NCBI GenBank assembly: GCA_963668645.2
Contig: CAXXWC010000020.1
Coordinates: 32,001 to 96,000, forward strand
From: Desulfobacterales bacterium
GTDB lineage: Bacteria; Desulfobacterota; Desulfobacteria; Desulfobacterales; UBA2174
Reading direction: 5' to 3'
Length of the DNA: 64,000 bases
Notes under the pieces: model-generated
Told to the model about the DNA's origin: nothing
What the model saw: the letters and a program-made list of their open reading frames with translations, nothing else
Databases searched by the model: none
Part shown: positions 62,392-64,000 of the stretch, piece by piece
Numbering within the stretch: position 1 is the stretch's first letter
Layout: the number at the start of each line of letters is the position of its first letter
Program-made: the position numbers and the translations under genes

Positions 62392-64000
62392 ATCGAAGAT
62401 CGATCCGGCAATCATGAACGCTCTGCCCGAGCCGGACATACAGGTGAAACACCGGTTTTCCATCGTTTGGGTGGTGCCCCTGGTGGCCGCCATCATCGGC
62501 ATCGGATTGATCTACAAGGCCGTTTCCGAGCGCGGACCGGCCATTACGATCGTTTTCAAGACGGCCGAAGGCCTGGTGGCCGGCAAGACCAAGATCAAAT
62601 ACAAGGATGTGGAATTCGGCCGGGTGGAGAGCATCGTCTTGAGCGAGGACCTTTCCCAGGTCGTGGTCACGGCCGCCATGACCCGTGAAGCGGAGCCCTT
62701 TTTGACCGAGGAAACCCGCTTTTGGGTGGTGCGCGCGCGCATCGCGGCCGGCGAGGTCTCCGGTTTGAGCACCCTTTTTTCAGGCGCCTATATCGCGTTG
62801 GAGCCGGGTACCAAAGGTAAACCCCAGCGCAGCTTTATCGGTCTCAACCGGCCCCCGGTGGTTACCGGGGATTTTCCCGGACGGCATTTCAAGTTGAATG
62901 CCGACCGGCTCGGCTCCCTTGACGTGGGCGCGCCGGTCTATTACCGGCAGATCCGGGTGGGCCAGGTCGAAAGCTATGACATACAACCGGATGGGCAGGC
63001 GGTGACCATCGGCATCTTTATCGACGCCCCCTACCATCGATATGTTTCGAGCAAAACCCGTTTTTGGAATGCCAGCGGATTGGATGTGCGCCTCGACACG
63101 GAAGGCATCCGCGTCGATACGCCCTCGATGGTCAGCCTGCTTATCGGGGGGATCGCCTTCGACAATCCGGTGGGGATCGAACCGGGAGAACCGGCCCGGG
63201 AAGGATATGAATTCAAGCTGCACGAAGGCTTCGATGCCAGCCGCCAGCAAACCTTCAGCATCAAAGACCGGTACCTGCTCTATTTTGAGGACTCGGTTCG
63301 CGGTCTGGCGGTGGGGGCACCGGTGGAATTCAAGGGCCTCCGTATCGGTCAAGTCCTTGATTTGAGGCTTGAACTCGACCCCCAAAGCGTCACTTTTCGA
63401 ATTCCAGTGCTCATTGAGATCGAGCCGGAACGGTTTTCGGCCGATCAGAGCGCTTGGACCGAAGAATATCGCCGCGTCACCATGGATCGTCTCGTCGCCA
63501 AGGGGTTGCGGGCCCAAATCAAGACAGGCAACCTGCTGACCGGTCGCATGGTGGTCGACCTGACCTTCGATGCCAAGGCACCGCAGGCCACGATCATATG
63601 GGGCGGCACATATCCTCAGTTGCCGACAGCCGCCGGATCGCTGCACGAGCTGACCGCCACGGTGAGTGATCTCGTCCAACGCCTTGATCGATTTCCGCTG
63701 GAAAAGATCGGCGAGCAGATCCGGACCGTGCTCGGCGGTCTGAGCACCATGGTGGACCGGACCCGGGAAAAGATCGAAGAGCTGCCGACCCACGAGCTGA
63801 GCGTCGATTTGAAGGCGGCGGCCGAGGAGCTATCCACCACGTTGGGTGCGGCCCGGGCCATGATCAACAAGCTTGAAGGCCAGGTGACCGAAGAAGCGGT
63901 CAGCACCCTGGCCCAGGTCCGTCAAAGCGTGGCTTCGATGGAAAACGCCCTGGGCCAGGCGTCGCCCCTCAATCAAGAGGCCAATCGCGCCGCCAAGGAG
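62384..64000 (+). CDS. pqiB: PqiB / multi-MCE (MlaD) protein, runs off the window end
   Basis: Manual translation from GTG: SIVWVVPL, AEGLVAGKTKIKYKDVEFGRV, RFWVVR, GLSTLFSGAYI, GLAVGAPVEFKG. Confidence 0.9.
   Translation, partial: MSESKIDPAIMNALPEPDIQVKHRFSIVWVVPLVAAIIGIGLIYKAVSERGPAITIVFKTAEGLVAGKTKIKYKDVEFGRVESIVLSEDLSQVVVTAAMTREAEPFLTEETRFWVVRARIAAGEVSGLSTLFSGAYIALEPGTKGKPQRSFIGLNRPPVVTGDFPGRHFKLNADRLGSLDVGAPVYYRQIRVGQVESYDIQPDGQAVTIGIFIDAPYHRYVSSKTRFWNASGLDVRLDTEGIRVDTPSMVSLLIGGIAFDNPVGIEPGEPAREGYEFKLHEGFDASRQQTFSIKDRYLLYFEDSVRGLAVGAPVEFKGLRIGQVLDLRLELDPQSVTFRIPVLIEIEPERFSADQSAWTEEYRRVTMDRLVAKGLRAQIKTGNLLTGRMVVDLTFDAKAPQATIIWGGTYPQLPTAAGSLHELTATVSDLVQRLDRFPLEKIGEQIRTVLGGLSTMVDRTREKIEELPTHELSVDLKAAAEELSTTLGAARAMINKLEGQVTEEAVSTLAQVRQSVASMENALGQASPLNQEANRAAKE

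Overview
GC-rich bacterial chromosome segment, most consistent with Desulfobacterota (Desulfobacterales-like). This is inferred from the gene content and protein styles. Left to right: (1) 1-6 kb is a mobile patch. An ISAs1-type transposase with an N-terminal DUF4338/DruA-like domain and an A-AAA-AAG -1 frameshift is split by a complete IS21 (5-bp target duplication GCGTG). It is followed by an IS3 with no target duplication, an orphan antitoxin and hicBA. (2) 6-17.4 kb is a divergent acyl-CoA catabolic cluster: ACAD10/11- or Lva-like dehydrogenase, kinase and phosphatase, TetR, a methyltransferase, an Fe-S protein, EtfBA, 3-hydroxyacyl-CoA dehydrogenase and DUF362. (3) Housekeeping genes follow: rplU-rpmA-obgE-nadD-rsfS-gpmI, dusB, a purine/nucleoside ABC transporter with gpt, and a double-rubredoxin membrane protein. 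(4) An origin-type region holds a perfect parS, mnmE-yidC-yidD-rnpA-rpmH, rng, a radical SAM gene, degP, an RND efflux operon, asnS and thyA-gyrB-dnaN. Upstream of dnaN is an AT-rich oriC candidate with variant DnaA boxes but no dnaA, then a naturally split RdgC, an EndoQ-UvrD fusion with two beta-clamp-binding-like motifs, tRNA-Gly(GCC) and pqiA/pqiA/pqiB. The best candidates for a little-described system are the origin-linked, clamp-tethered EndoQ-helicase/split-RdgC/ThyA group and the anaerobic ACAD10-like pathway. No database searches were run; all family calls come from motif recognition.
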